Positions 55,611-64,000 of a DNA stretch of 64,000 nucleotides are shown one piece after another. How positions within the stretch are numbered: the first letter of the stretch is position 1; every line of letters begins with the position of its first letter. This DNA comes from Parcubacteria group bacterium (lineage in GTDB: Bacteria > Patescibacteriota > Minisyncoccia > Moranbacterales > UBA2206). The notes under the pieces were generated by a model, which was not told the origin of the DNA, did not search any database, and was given only the letters and a program-made list of their open reading frames with translations. The stretch spans positions 101,475 to 165,474 of the forward strand of contig JBAZYF010000001.1 in NCBI GenBank assembly GCA_041659505.1, given 5' to 3'. A program made the translations under genes and the position numbers.

Positions 55611-56231
55611 TTAAATCCCCACCAACCGATTGACTTCTTTTTGAATCACTTTTTTTATTTCTTCCCAATCCGCCCTTTGGAGCATCACAGGAGATGCTTC
55701 ATTTTGTGCGTCCTCAAAATAGACAAGACTTTTCAAAATATGCATCTTATTGTAGTGGATATTGGCGTATCTTTTTTCAAAAAATCCGATAATTTCTTCC
55801 AAAGAATATTTTTTCAATAAAAAATACAGATCAATAAAATCTTTTTTGCTTCCTCGTGACGAGATAGCATCAACTTTCATCGCCGCGATATCCCGCTCAT
55901 CCGCCAGTTTTGCATCCTCAAAAGCAATAAAGGGAAATAGTGGCGAATAATTATAATATAAAAATGTTATTTTCACCCCATCCAAAATTCCATGCAAAGT
56001 TCCTGGGGCTTCGCTAACCACTTCAAAATTACCAGTATCTGCCAACTGGCCTTTTAATTTTCCCAAACTAAACTCTTTTTCCGTAAACCAATCCAAATCA
56101 ATCGACTCACGTTGGCCAAGTTGAATTGCCAAGGCTGTTCCGCCAGCCAGATAAAAATCTTTGACGATGCCGGATGAGACTAGTTTGTCCAAAACGGACT
56201 GAGTTTTTTTTGTGATTGCTTCTTTGTGCAT
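55611..56231 (-). CDS. AbiEii/AbiGii-family nucleotidyltransferase (type IV toxin-like).
   Basis: The N-terminal motif FYLAGGTALAIQLGQRESIDLDWF matches the AbiEii/DUF1814 signature (F.LkGGTAL...R.S.DlD.f). 206 aa. Confidence 0.6.
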   Translation of the reverse strand: MHKEAITKKTQSVLDKLVSSGIVKDFYLAGGTALAIQLGQRESIDLDWFTEKEFSLGKLKGQLADTGNFEVVSEAPGTLHGILDGVKITFLYYNYSPLFPFIAFEDAKLADERDIAAMKVDAISSRGSKKDFIDLYFLLKKYSLEEIIGFFEKRYANIHYNKMHILKSLVYFEDAQNEASPVMLQRADWEEIKKVIQKEVNRLVGI

Positions 56232-56470
56232 TCTATTTGTGATAAATTAAAATATTGGCACCAAAAAAACTGCGACTTCGGATTCAGCTTATTACTTTCA
56301 AGCGCATATTGCTTTAGCTTCTCCTTGCCATATTGCTCACTTGCCCACCGCACATCATCTGTGTCGCCAAAAGCCAAAATTCTCTCCACGACGAATTTTT
56401 CATTTTTTTGAGCATTTAGTTCTTTTAGGTCAACATCCCAAAAAAGGGCTGTTTTTTGTAGTGTTTCCAT
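56180..56470 (-). CDS. Small hypothetical protein (96 aa) overlapping the AbiEii-like gene. It is a putative cognate partner (antitoxin?).
   Basis: METLQKTALFWDVDLKELNAQKNEKFVVERILAFGDTDDVRWASEQYG... It overlaps the downstream toxin-like ORF by 52 nt. It has no AbiEi-type HTH. Confidence 0.35.
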   Translation of the reverse strand: METLQKTALFWDVDLKELNAQKNEKFVVERILAFGDTDDVRWASEQYGKEKLKQYALESNKLNPKSQFFWCQYFNLSQIECTKKQSQKKLSPFWTN

Positions 56471-56549
56471 ATCTTCAATTATAGCACAAAATCACCAAAA
56501 AATCCAGCTTTCTATTGTAAGCGCTAGAAATACTTGCTAGACTAGTCTT

Positions 56550-56996
56550 ATGGGCGTACTTGCAATCAACAAAAGAGCCAATTTTGACTATTCCCTCCTG
56601 GATCAGTATGAGGCTGGTTTGGTTTTGAGCGGACAGGAGGTCAAATCGGCCCGATCAGGCCAAGTCAGTCTGAAAGAAAGCTTTGTGACGCTCAAAGGCA
56701 CGGAATTATACCTTACTAACGCCTACATTGCACCATATAAGCAAGCGGGGCTAAAACAGGTCAATGATCCGACCCGCGCGAGAAAACTGCTCCTGCGAAA
56801 GTCAGAAATCCGCCAATTGATTGGAAAAGTCCGCACAGAAGGCTTGACATTAGTGCCACTTAGGTTGTATACTAAGAAACGACTATTGAAGTTATCTTTT
56901 GCCGTGGGAAAAGGCAAAAAGAAGTTCGATAAGCGCGAGGATTTAGCCAAAAAAGAGGCCAAACGGAATATTGATAGGGCGCTCAAGAATTCTTAA
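56550..56996 (+). CDS. smpB: SsrA-binding protein SmpB.
   Basis: ...ANFDYSLLDQYEAGLVLSGQEVKS... and a C-terminal basic tail. It lies adjacent to tmRNA. Confidence 0.9.
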   Translation: MGVLAINKRANFDYSLLDQYEAGLVLSGQEVKSARSGQVSLKESFVTLKGTELYLTNAYIAPYKQAGLKQVNDPTRARKLLLRKSEIRQLIGKVRTEGLTLVPLRLYTKKRLLKLSFAVGKGKKKFDKREDLAKKEAKRNIDRALKNS

Positions 56997-57099
56997 CTTT
57001 TGCAGTTTCTGATATCTAAATAAATAATCTCTGTGCTTGGAAATTAGGGCAATTGGGATTTGTTTAGAAATTAGAAATTGAAAATTAGAAATTATACCT

Positions 57100-57528
57100 G
57101 GGGATGCCTGGTTTCGACAGGTTGTACGTTTAAAATATGCAAGCCGAGCTCTTATAGCTGCTCGTAAAACCGCTATTAAAGTTATAAGTGTAAACTTACT
57201 AACAAAAGCAAAAACTGCGATTGCGCAAGCTTTCACAGTCAACTTTGCTACCGCTCTTGCCTAATACTAGTCTTTACTAGTTAGGGCACCAGCCATCGGA
57301 CTTATTTTCGCCCAAGAGGTAAAATCCGGTGTCACATCATTGGGCTAGCTCTCGATATTTTTCTTGACGATCAAGAGCAAAACTAAAGTCAGGGATAGAT
57401 CGGAAAGGTTTTGTTCGCCATTCACTTTTCGATCGACCCGCCTCGTGCGGAAAATAAGGCGGAATAAGCTTGTAGTATATTTTGAATGAATAATTTTGGA
57501 CGCGAGTTCAACTCTCGCCATCTCCACA
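57100..57528 (+). ncRNA. ssrA: tmRNA (SsrA).
   Basis: The 5' end GGGGATGCCTGGTTTCGACAGG and the 3' end GGACGCGAGTTCAACTCTCGCCATCTCCAC match the conserved tRNA-like ends (E. coli: GGGGCUGAUUCUGGAUUCGACGGG ... GGACGCGGGUUCAACUCCCGCCAGCUCCACCA). The internal ORF ends ...FATALA-TAA, as tag peptides typically do. It lies immediately downstream of smpB. Confidence 0.8.
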
Positions 57529-57787
57529 AAATATTTCAATACTATTTGAAATATACGAGTAATGGGTTTCCGCCCAAGGCGGATCAGCCTCGGGCTGACA
57601 ACTCCCATCATCTCCACAACTACGAATTACGAATTTATACGAATGTACTAACGCGTGAATCGCTTAGCGTATAAATAATATAAAGTTTATATATTTTTCG
57701 TACATTCGTACCAATTCGTAATTCGTAGAGAATACGAAACATAATCATTAAATTAAAGCTATCAGACGAACACCCTACAAACGACCA

Positions 57788-58312
57788 GTGGTCAGAAAAG
57801 GACCGATCACGAGAATCAACGATCAGATCCGCGTACCGGAAGTGCGGGTTATTCGTGATTCTGATAATGCGCAATTGGGCGTCATCCCGACCAGCCAAGC
57901 CTTGGAGCTGGCACATGACGAAGGACTTGATCTCGTGGAAATCGCTCCTCAAGCCAAACCTCCGGTTTGCAAGATTATGGATTTTGGAAAATTTCAATAC
58001 CAAAAATCTCGTTTGGAAAGAGTGAATAAGACCAAGCAGAAAAAATCCGAAGTGAAAGGCATCCGATTGGGAGTTCGTACCGATACGCACGATTTGGAAT
58101 TTAAGAAAGCCCAAGCAGAAAAATTTTTGAAAAAAGGCGCTAAGGTGAAAGTAGAACTAACAATGCGTGGAAGAGAAAAGGCCCATCAAGATCTGGCTCG
58201 GGCCAATCTGAAACAGTTCCTCCATGAGATCGCGATCCCCTACAAGATCGAACAAGAGATCAAGCGCTATCCAGGAGGATTCAATGCTATTATCGCTCCG
58301 GACGAAGAATAG
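57788..58312 (+). CDS. infC: Translation initiation factor IF-3.
   Basis: ...INDQIRVPEVRVIRDSDNAQLGVIPTSQALELAHDEGLDLVEIAPQAKPPVCKIMDFGKFQYQ... The true start may be a non-AUG codon upstream. Confidence 0.9.
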   Translation: MVRKGPITRINDQIRVPEVRVIRDSDNAQLGVIPTSQALELAHDEGLDLVEIAPQAKPPVCKIMDFGKFQYQKSRLERVNKTKQKKSEVKGIRLGVRTDTHDLEFKKAQAEKFLKKGAKVKVELTMRGREKAHQDLARANLKQFLHEIAIPYKIEQEIKRYPGGFNAIIAPDEE

Positions 58313-58317
58313 CTCCA

Positions 58318-58390
58318 TTCCCCTTCGCCCCTAGGGAGAAGCCTGCCTGCCGGTAGGCAGGGTGGCCAAAGGCCGGATGAGGGAAAGGGC
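58318..58390. repeat. REP/MITE-like element (family 1, half copy): ...CCTGCCTGCCGGTAGGCAGGGTGGCCAAAGGCCGGATGAGGGAAAGGGC.
   Basis: It shares the GGCCAAAGGCCGGATGAGGGA module with 23240-23294. Confidence 0.65.
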
Positions 58391-58448
58391 TAAATAATAT
58401 AGAAAACATTTTTTAAGATAAATAATTATTGAGTTAGATTTTAAATTT

Positions 58449-58643
58449 ATGCCAAAGCTAAAAACGAAAAAAGCGCTTGCCAAGAAGATCAAGATAACGA
58501 AAAACAAAAAGGTGATCCGCCGATCAACTGGACAAAACCACTATAACTCGAAAGAAAACGGCAAGGTCGGACGAGAGAAAAAGGGCGACAAAAGACTCTT
58601 CAAAGCTGATGAGAAAAATGTCCTAAAGAGAATGCACTGTTAA
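58449..58643 (+). CDS. rpmI: 50S ribosomal protein L35.
   Basis: MPKLKTKKALAKKIKITKNKKVIRR... is L35. Confidence 0.9.
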   Translation: MPKLKTKKALAKKIKITKNKKVIRRSTGQNHYNSKENGKVGREKKGDKRLFKADEKNVLKRMHC

Positions 58644-58724
58644 ATTGTTAAATGGTTACATTGTTTCATTGCTAATATATTTTCATAACCATTTAGCAAT
58701 TTAACAATATAACAATGTAAATAT

Positions 58725-59069
58725 ATGACTAGAGTAAAACGCGGAATGGCCGCCTCAAAAAGAAGAAAGAATCTCTTGGAAGACGCCAAAGGTTTCAAAT
58801 GGAGAAGAAGTACTAATTATCGCGCCGCCAAAGAAGCTGTGATCAAAGCGGGCTCTTATGCTTTCCGCGATCGCCGAGCGAAAAAGCGCGTGATGCGAAA
58901 ATTGTGGATCACAAGGCTCAATATTGCTCTTCGCGAATTGGGATTCAAATACAGCCAATTTATTAAAATTATGGCTGACAAAAAAATTGAGCTAGATCGC
59001 AAAGTGCTTTCTCAGATGGCCGTAACTGAACCGAAAGTTTTTGCTAAGTTGATCGAGTCGGTGAAATAG
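58725..59069 (+). CDS. rplT: 50S ribosomal protein L20.
   Basis: MTRVKRGMAASKRRKNLLEDAKGFKWRRS...RDRRAKKR... is L20. The order infC-rpmI-rplT is classic. Confidence 0.9.
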   Translation: MTRVKRGMAASKRRKNLLEDAKGFKWRRSTNYRAAKEAVIKAGSYAFRDRRAKKRVMRKLWITRLNIALRELGFKYSQFIKIMADKKIELDRKVLSQMAVTEPKVFAKLIESVK

Positions 59070-59092
59070 ATTTTATTTCAACATTTTTAAAA

Positions 59093-59114
59093 CCCCGCAT
59101 GAGCGGGGTTTTTT
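59093..59114 (+). terminator. Rho-independent terminator CCCCGC-ATGA-GCGGGG followed by TTTTTT.
   Basis: Read directly after the rplT stop. Confidence 0.75.
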
Positions 59115-59117
59115 GAT

Positions 59118-59320
59118 GTGTCATTCCCGCGACCGCGTGCCGCCTTAGCTTTAGCGGTGGAGCAAGGCGGGAATCCAGTTTCCACTAGTTATCAACTCTG
59201 GAAAATCGAGATGCAAGTCCAGCAAGCTCTCAATTTCAGTTAGTCTTGAATTTCAATAATTCGTTTTTTCTTAATTTAAGATCTGAGGTGCCTGGATCCC
59301 CGCCTTCGCGGGGATGACAC
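59118..59320. repeat. MITE-like element, family 2, copy 2.
   Basis: GTGTCATTCCCGCGACCGCG...GGCGGGAATCCAGTTTCCACTAG ... CCTGGATCCCCGCCTTCGCGGGGATGACAC. The internal sequence is similar to copy 1. Confidence 0.8.
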
Positions 59321-59332
59321 AAGAGAAAAACA

Positions 59333-59533
59333 TTACCTCTTCTTCCCCAAAATCACCTCACGGATCAAACGTCGGAGGCCATAAAAGGGCAACCAGATCC
59401 AGAGTGTTTTTTTGAACCAGGTGTTCCAAAAAGCATTGGGATTGGTGGCGAAATAATCAAAGACAAGGTAGAGGATGAAAAAAAGCAGAATGAATGGTCC
59501 AAACATCAGCACATAGGCATCAAATATATTCAT
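59333..59533 (-). CDS. Small hypothetical membrane protein (66 aa).
   Basis: MNIFDAYVLMFGPFILLFFILYLVFDYF... One or two TM helices. Confidence 0.4.
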   Translation of the reverse strand: MNIFDAYVLMFGPFILLFFILYLVFDYFATNPNAFWNTWFKKTLWIWLPFYGLRRLIREVILGKKR

Positions 59534-59553
59534 GAATTTGGCTAAAAAATAAA

Positions 59554-60273
59554 TTAATTTTTATTATTAATCTCATAGAGCACGTCTTTTTTCTCCACCA
59601 TAATTTTCCAGCCTTTCTTTTGAGCGATCTGGCGCAGATTCAAATCGGGATTGAAAGCGATCGGCGCATCGACCAGTTCCAAAAATGATGCGTCAGATTG
59701 CGTATCACCAATCCCAAAAGATCCGACCAGCGAGATATCATTTTCTGCCACAAACTGCTTCACGACTGAACCCTTGTCATGCGTCGGCTCAAAGACAGTT
59801 TTCCCCGTATAAAGCTTATTTTTGTCGATTTCATAGACACTGCCATAGTAAGCATCAAATTGGAGAATTTCGGCATATTCTTTCACGATCTCGATCGGTG
59901 AACCGGAAATCATGAGCATCACGTGGTCATGGCGCATCTCTTCAATAATTTTTTTAGCAAAGATGTAGGTCCGCTTGGCATTGAAATCAGCCACTACCTT
60001 TGCCGCCTTGATGATATCCTCCTGACTCTTGCCTTTTAGATTTTTTTCATATAAATCCACTAGTTTCACGCGATACGCCTCATAGGTCCCCTCGTTGTCC
60101 AGCCAGTGGCCATAGAGAGTCATTAGTTCACTACGGACAGTTTTGGGAAATATCTTCATCCAAGACAATTCGTTCAAAAGTTCAAAAGCTAAATTTTTAC
60201 GAAAAATCGTACCATCAATATCAAAAATAGCAATTTTTTTCTTATGCATTTTTTTGCAGATTTCTTTGATCAT
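59554..60273 (-). CDS. HAD-IB family hydrolase (phosphoserine phosphatase-like).
   Basis: Motif I IAIFDIDGTI, motif II S/T in MLMISGS, motif III K, and motif IV GDTQSD. Confidence 0.7.
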   Translation of the reverse strand: MIKEICKKMHKKKIAIFDIDGTIFRKNLAFELLNELSWMKIFPKTVRSELMTLYGHWLDNEGTYEAYRVKLVDLYEKNLKGKSQEDIIKAAKVVADFNAKRTYIFAKKIIEEMRHDHVMLMISGSPIEIVKEYAEILQFDAYYGSVYEIDKNKLYTGKTVFEPTHDKGSVVKQFVAENDISLVGSFGIGDTQSDASFLELVDAPIAFNPDLNLRQIAQKKGWKIMVEKKDVLYEINNKN

Positions 60274-60280
60274 GCTTTTT

Positions 60281-60949
60281 TCAAAATCTTAGATATTTAT
60301 CCCAATGCGCATACAGCTCGGCAGTCGTGGCCAGATCGCGCGCACAATACCTGGCAATCTCCAAATACTTTCCTGCCTGATAGAGCTCACCTACCATATC
60401 TCCTGTAATACCTTCGTCTTTGGAACTAACGATTCCGAAAAATTTAGCATAAAAATCCAAATTGTACCGGCGCGTCGCTCCATAAAAAGTCAACTGCTCT
60501 AAGAGATCGCAATGTGTCACGTGGGAATAACGATAACCGAAAAGATTCTTGGCGGGATGAATTTCATGTTTGGCACTGCGAAGTGCCAGAAACGGTCCGT
60601 CGAAACTACGCCCGTTGAACGTGATGATCTGGTCATAGCTTTGCATCAGTTCCCAAAATTTTTCCAAGATTTCTCTTTCTGTCCCACTCACATATTTCAC
60701 TCCATTTTCTTCAAATTCAATTTTTTCTTCGCCCTTATTTTGAAAAAGGATCAGCCCCTTTAACGTGCCCGGATTAAGCATCCCAATCGTTACAATCTCG
60801 CCCGTGAGAGGGCTAAGCCCCAGGCGCTTTTTCACTTCATCCTGCTCTTCATCATCTTTGGCGTATTTGAGCAGATACTCCTGCGTTTCCCTTTCCAACG
60901 CCTCAAAATCAAAACCGATCGTCTCGATATCAACAACAATTCTTGCCAT
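60281..60949 (-). CDS. RNase H-like fold 3'-5' exonuclease domain protein.
   Basis: MARIVVDIETIGFDFE... is the Exo I motif DxE. ...ITFNGRSFDGPFL... and the C-terminal YCARDL (Exo III-like Y..D). Confidence 0.55.
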   Translation of the reverse strand: MARIVVDIETIGFDFEALERETQEYLLKYAKDDEEQDEVKKRLGLSPLTGEIVTIGMLNPGTLKGLILFQNKGEEKIEFEENGVKYVSGTEREILEKFWELMQSYDQIITFNGRSFDGPFLALRSAKHEIHPAKNLFGYRYSHVTHCDLLEQLTFYGATRRYNLDFYAKFFGIVSSKDEGITGDMVGELYQAGKYLEIARYCARDLATTAELYAHWDKYLRF

Positions 60950-61005
60950 AAAATTATCTTGAACTGAAATTGTTTAGGCTTTTTTAGTATTCAATTTATT
61001 TCTGT

Positions 61006-61284
61006 CTATTCTTCCCCGTTCGCTTCCATCAAATCTACACCATGCTTCTTATGTATCAAACGCAATTCATCAAATCTTTTGACTTGCAATGTAATTTTTC
61101 TTATTGCCTCAGGATCTCCTTTTGTCACTGTATCATATAGCAGTTCCATTAATGATTTTTTATATTCTTCCCAGTCTATACTTTTATCAGCTTTAAGTTC
61201 TTCCCTGACAGTCTCCATGAAAAACAACCCTGGGTCATCTGCTTTTTTTTCGATCCCCCTATTTTCTCCAAACAATTCTACCAT
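61006..61284 (-). CDS. Hypothetical protein (92 aa).
   Basis: ORF only. No recognised motifs. Confidence 0.3.
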   Translation of the reverse strand: MVELFGENRGIEKKADDPGLFFMETVREELKADKSIDWEEYKKSLMELLYDTVTKGDPEAIRKITLQVKRFDELRLIHKKHGVDLMEANGEE

Positions 61285-61314
61285 ATTTTTTTCTTTAATA
61301 ATTACACATCTATT

Positions 61315-62463
61315 CTAATACACAATCACCGGAGTGCCAACCTCGGCCCAGTCGTAGACGATTTTGGCCGGTCCGACGCCCAAGCGCATACAACCATGCG
61401 AAACGGGGATCCCCAGGTGATTGGCGCCTTCCTTGTAGCCTCCTGGCCACTCCGGTAGCTCGTGGATGCCGAATTTACCACCTGGAACGATAGCCATCCA
61501 GTTAGGCATATAGAGACCGTAGGCTTTGGAATAGGCACGCGGCGTTTTATTGTAAATCTGGTGCGTACCGACCGGCGTTTCCATTCCCCGCTTGCCTGAT
61601 GAAATCAGAAAAGCGTCGAGCAGTGTTCCGCTTTCAAAGGTGGTCATTATTTGAGTAGCCAGATTAACATCAATATATTTCCCTTCGGTTATTTTGGCCT
61701 TGGTATATTTTTTCGCTTGATCGATGCGGAGCGCATGATCTTTTTCCCAAACAACTGGAGTAGGCTTCAATGTTTCAAACACTCCATCATAAATCTGCTT
61801 GTAGTTTTCATCCCCGTCCTCCGTCACTTTAGCAAATATTTTCAACGTATATTTTATACCATTTTCAATATTGCTTTTTGGTAAAATTTTAAATTGAGTC
61901 TTCTGGGGATTGAGCTGGTAATCCAAGCCATTGCCTGGATTTAGGACAAATTTGATGTAATAATTTTCAACTGATCGATTGAAATTGACCATAATCGGAT
62001 CTTCTGCTCCCAAAACCACATCTGTCGCGCCATCAACTGGAAAAACTGATCCTATCTCTGGAAGTCCAGCTACAGAAAAAGCTAGCTTTCTGTCTAAAAT
62101 TTTGGTCAGCATCGTTGTGCGCCCTTCTGGCAGACTGATTACATAGCTCACTGTAGGCTGCCAAAAAGTTCTCGGGGTGATAGTCAATTTTCTTTTTGCC
62201 TCATCAAAATCAAACGTCACTTTTTCATCTGGAATAATTTTTATCCCTTTTGCATAATCAGCATTCCAGACCGGTACAGAAAAATTAATTTCAACCGCCT
62301 CTTTCACGCCAACATCTTTTGTTTTCTTCACTACGACATTTTCCTGATAAGCTTTCCCATAAAACTGCCAGCCATAAAAAGCGATCAAACTCAAAGAAGC
62401 CAAAATCAAGCAAAATAAAAATGTTTTGACGAAAAGTTGGAAGAAGTTTGATTTTTTTTGCAT
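61315..62463 (-). CDS. L,D-transpeptidase (YkuD domain) with an N-terminal TM anchor.
   Basis: Catalytic HGCMRL near the C-terminus (...GIPVSHGCMRLGVGPAKIVYDW...). Confidence 0.8.
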   Translation of the reverse strand: MQKKSNFFQLFVKTFLFCLILASLSLIAFYGWQFYGKAYQENVVVKKTKDVGVKEAVEINFSVPVWNADYAKGIKIIPDEKVTFDFDEAKRKLTITPRTFWQPTVSYVISLPEGRTTMLTKILDRKLAFSVAGLPEIGSVFPVDGATDVVLGAEDPIMVNFNRSVENYYIKFVLNPGNGLDYQLNPQKTQFKILPKSNIENGIKYTLKIFAKVTEDGDENYKQIYDGVFETLKPTPVVWEKDHALRIDQAKKYTKAKITEGKYIDVNLATQIMTTFESGTLLDAFLISSGKRGMETPVGTHQIYNKTPRAYSKAYGLYMPNWMAIVPGGKFGIHELPEWPGGYKEGANHLGIPVSHGCMRLGVGPAKIVYDWAEVGTPVIVY

Positions 62464-62466
62464 AAA

Positions 62467-63483
62467 TTATTGATTATGAAACATCCCTTTCGCCGTGTCC
62501 CACAGTTCTGGGTGATTATTATTCACTTTCAACCAATACCACCACTCCGCGCCCCAGAGATAGATTTCTGGAAAACCAACTTGCCGGGCGAAGGAAACAT
62601 TATCCTGCAGTTTTTGGACATTCATTGACTCAAATTGTTTTTCCAGAGGTTGATTAGTTGTCCAGCCATTGATCCATGGTTCCGCTTGCAACTCAATCAC
62701 AATTGCATTGTCATTTTTGACAAACAACTGATTCATCCAATATTTGAATTGAAAAAAGCGCGGACCGATCGGATAGGTATAAAAAAGATCATATTTAGCA
62801 GTATAAATCGTCCGGTACATTGTCGTACCGAAAATATCCGCCCGAGAAATTGCATTGTACCATAAGCTAAGTTCTCCCGAATCAGTCACGATGATTTTTC
62901 GACTGGGGTCAGTTTTGTGCGCCATCGCGATTTCACTATCCAATAGATTTTTGTCCAAGACCGGACACTCCCCAAATTTCAAAAACGGCTCATTCTCAAT
63001 CTGCCAATATTTGACCGCCTTAGAATTTTTATAATGCTCAACCACGACCCGCACAAATTCCACCAGCTCCATTTTTCTCTTAGCATCATCATTTTTGAGA
63101 TATTCCGGGATGAAACATTCTGGCCAACGTGGCACTTTTTGTCCAACGGCGAGAATTATTTCGGCATTGCGTTTTTCGGCCTCCTGCATCTGCCAATCTA
63201 GATCAGTAAAATCATATTGACCTTCTTGCGGTTCCACCCAATCCCAATAGACCGGCACACGGATCTTTTTCACACCCAAATCATCCAAAGTAGCAAGGTA
63301 GGCCGCGCGCCAATCCAGACCAATATCCTCAGCGTAGCGCTTGGAAAAGGTGACACCCAGTTTTGCGTCAGTATTTTCTTTGGCTACAGGAATATTAAAA
63401 AAAATCAGAATTACACAAGCAAGAGCAAAGATGACGAGGAAGGTTTTGAAGATAATTTTGAGCACTTTTTTTGTTTTTTGCAT
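62467..63483 (-). CDS. Membrane-anchored TIM-barrel glycoside hydrolase (GH5-like clan GH-A). NEP catalytic motif WQIENEP.
   Basis: 338 aa. N-terminal TM helix. ...KYWQIENEPF... is the typical acid/base NEP of clan GH-A. Confidence 0.55.
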   Translation of the reverse strand: MQKTKKVLKIIFKTFLVIFALACVILIFFNIPVAKENTDAKLGVTFSKRYAEDIGLDWRAAYLATLDDLGVKKIRVPVYWDWVEPQEGQYDFTDLDWQMQEAEKRNAEIILAVGQKVPRWPECFIPEYLKNDDAKRKMELVEFVRVVVEHYKNSKAVKYWQIENEPFLKFGECPVLDKNLLDSEIAMAHKTDPSRKIIVTDSGELSLWYNAISRADIFGTTMYRTIYTAKYDLFYTYPIGPRFFQFKYWMNQLFVKNDNAIVIELQAEPWINGWTTNQPLEKQFESMNVQKLQDNVSFARQVGFPEIYLWGAEWWYWLKVNNNHPELWDTAKGMFHNQ

Positions 63484-63496
63484 TTTTGTTTCTGCC

Positions 63497-63665
63497 GTGT
63501 CATTCCCGCGAAGGCGGGAATCCAGGTTCCACTAGTTATGTATTATAAAAAAATGAATTATAAATTCTCAGATTTCATATTACAGCTTGTTTATTTTTTA
63601 TTTGTTCGTTTTCTCTAAAAGTTAAGCCTGAGGTATCTGGATCCCCGCCTTCGCGGGGATGACAC
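63497..63665. repeat. MITE-like element, family 2, copy 3. Same terminal inverted repeats, different AT-rich interior.
   Basis: GTGTCATTCCCGCGAAGGCGGGAATCCAGGTTCCACTAG ... CTGGATCCCCGCCTTCGCGGGGATGACAC. Confidence 0.8.
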
Positions 63666-63672
63666 GAATTAA

Positions 63673-63993
63673 TTATCTCTTCACATGCGAAACCAGTCCG
63701 ATTCCAACGGCAATAATAATAATCGCTAAAATCTTCTGCAGAACGGTTTTCCAATCTTTTTTTTCTTGCATCACTTCGGGCACCCAGGCGGAAAAAAGGA
63801 TGCTGAGGATGAAAATAAAGACATATTCGACAGAAACCAGTGCGCTCACGATCGTCACACTAGCTGTGGCCAGTGAGGTGGCATATTCTTTCAGAAACGA
63901 TCCACTGCCACCCATAATTTTGGCCAGCACAAAAGAAGCGCCTGATTTTTGGTGGTCTTTTTGGGGCTTTTTAAATTTCAAAAGTGAACCCAA
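63673..63993 (-). CDS. Hypothetical membrane protein (106 aa). It may extend beyond the window end.
   Basis: Two predicted TM helices (…ASVTIVSALVSVEYVFIFILSILFSAWV…, …ILAIIIIAVGIGLVSHV). The start lies within 8 nt of the window edge. Confidence 0.35.
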   Translation of the reverse strand: MGSLLKFKKPQKDHQKSGASFVLAKIMGGSGSFLKEYATSLATASVTIVSALVSVEYVFIFILSILFSAWVPEVMQEKKDWKTVLQKILAIIIIAVGIGLVSHVKR

Positions 63994-64000
63994 GATGGCT

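Noticed and set aside
57345-57674. ORFs 57345-57617 (-) and 57486-57674 (+).
   Set aside because: They overlap the tmRNA gene and its 3' flank and are spurious.
63217-63618. 133 aa + strand ORF containing VIPAKAGIQVPLV.
   Set aside because: It is antisense to the glycoside hydrolase gene and reads through the MITE terminal inverted repeat. It is the classic MITE-derived pseudo-peptide.

Overview
This 64 kb window comes from a low-GC, gene-dense bacterial chromosome. About 60 protein genes are packed with short intergenic spacers. Many genes have weak or absent Shine-Dalgarno sequences, and the DNA is littered with small palindromic (MITE/REP-like) repeats. This style fits a reduced-genome organism of the Patescibacteria/CPR type, but that is inference and I cannot assign taxonomy from sequence alone.

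Three regions stand out.

(1) Array of secreted beta-helix proteins, positions 1509-16424, all on the minus strand. Eight tandem, near-adjacent paralogs (P1-P8) encode secreted right-handed parallel beta-helix proteins of 499-638 aa. Each has a Sec signal peptide with an AxA cleavage site, then a conserved N-terminal cap beginning ATYYVKNGGNDSLSGLDDANAWETI (DUF1565-like). The central part is hypervariable and asparagine-rich (NN ladders). The C-terminal ~100 aa module is conserved (WEPTAQxTDP ... GAYDIGAYEYQG) and ends in an invariant tail, xPPxxPSGL[AS]V[ED]-stop. The paralogs share near-identical nucleotide blocks of 80-270 nt at both ends in a mosaic pattern. This suggests cassette-style segmental gene conversion, meaning a candidate surface-variation / host-attachment system. 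An AAA+ ATPase gene (DUF4143/COG1373 type) with its own sigma70-like promoter sits inside the array. A histidine kinase and response regulator pair lies immediately downstream.

(2) Concentration of repair/SOS genes, about 19.6-48.1 kb. The region holds uvrA, uvrC, a second longer uvrA paralog (1050 aa), uvrB, a LexA-like S24 repressor and two DinD-family genes, with ssb further on (53.4 kb). Interspersed are small hypothetical modules with strong Shine-Dalgarno sequences. G+C-rich palindromic elements are inserted in frame inside uvrC and uvrA2, reminiscent of Rickettsia palindromic elements.

(3) Housekeeping block, about 40-63 kb. It contains a GDP-mannose biosynthesis cluster (manC, a bifunctional phosphoglucose/phosphomannose isomerase, a phosphomannomutase), secG, an orphan substrate-binding protein, trpS, RNase J, ychF, uppP, rpsF-ssb-rpsR, efp, an AbiEii-like toxin pair, smpB plus tmRNA (ssrA), infC-rpmI-rplT, a HAD hydrolase, an exonuclease, an L,D-transpeptidase and a glycoside hydrolase.

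groEL (16739-18415) has a CIRCE-like operator upstream but no adjacent groES. I saw no CRISPR array, rRNA, tRNA or recognisable transposase/integrase.

At least six families of short inverted-repeat elements occur, several with 2-5 copies. Some flank single genes as direct or inverted repeats.
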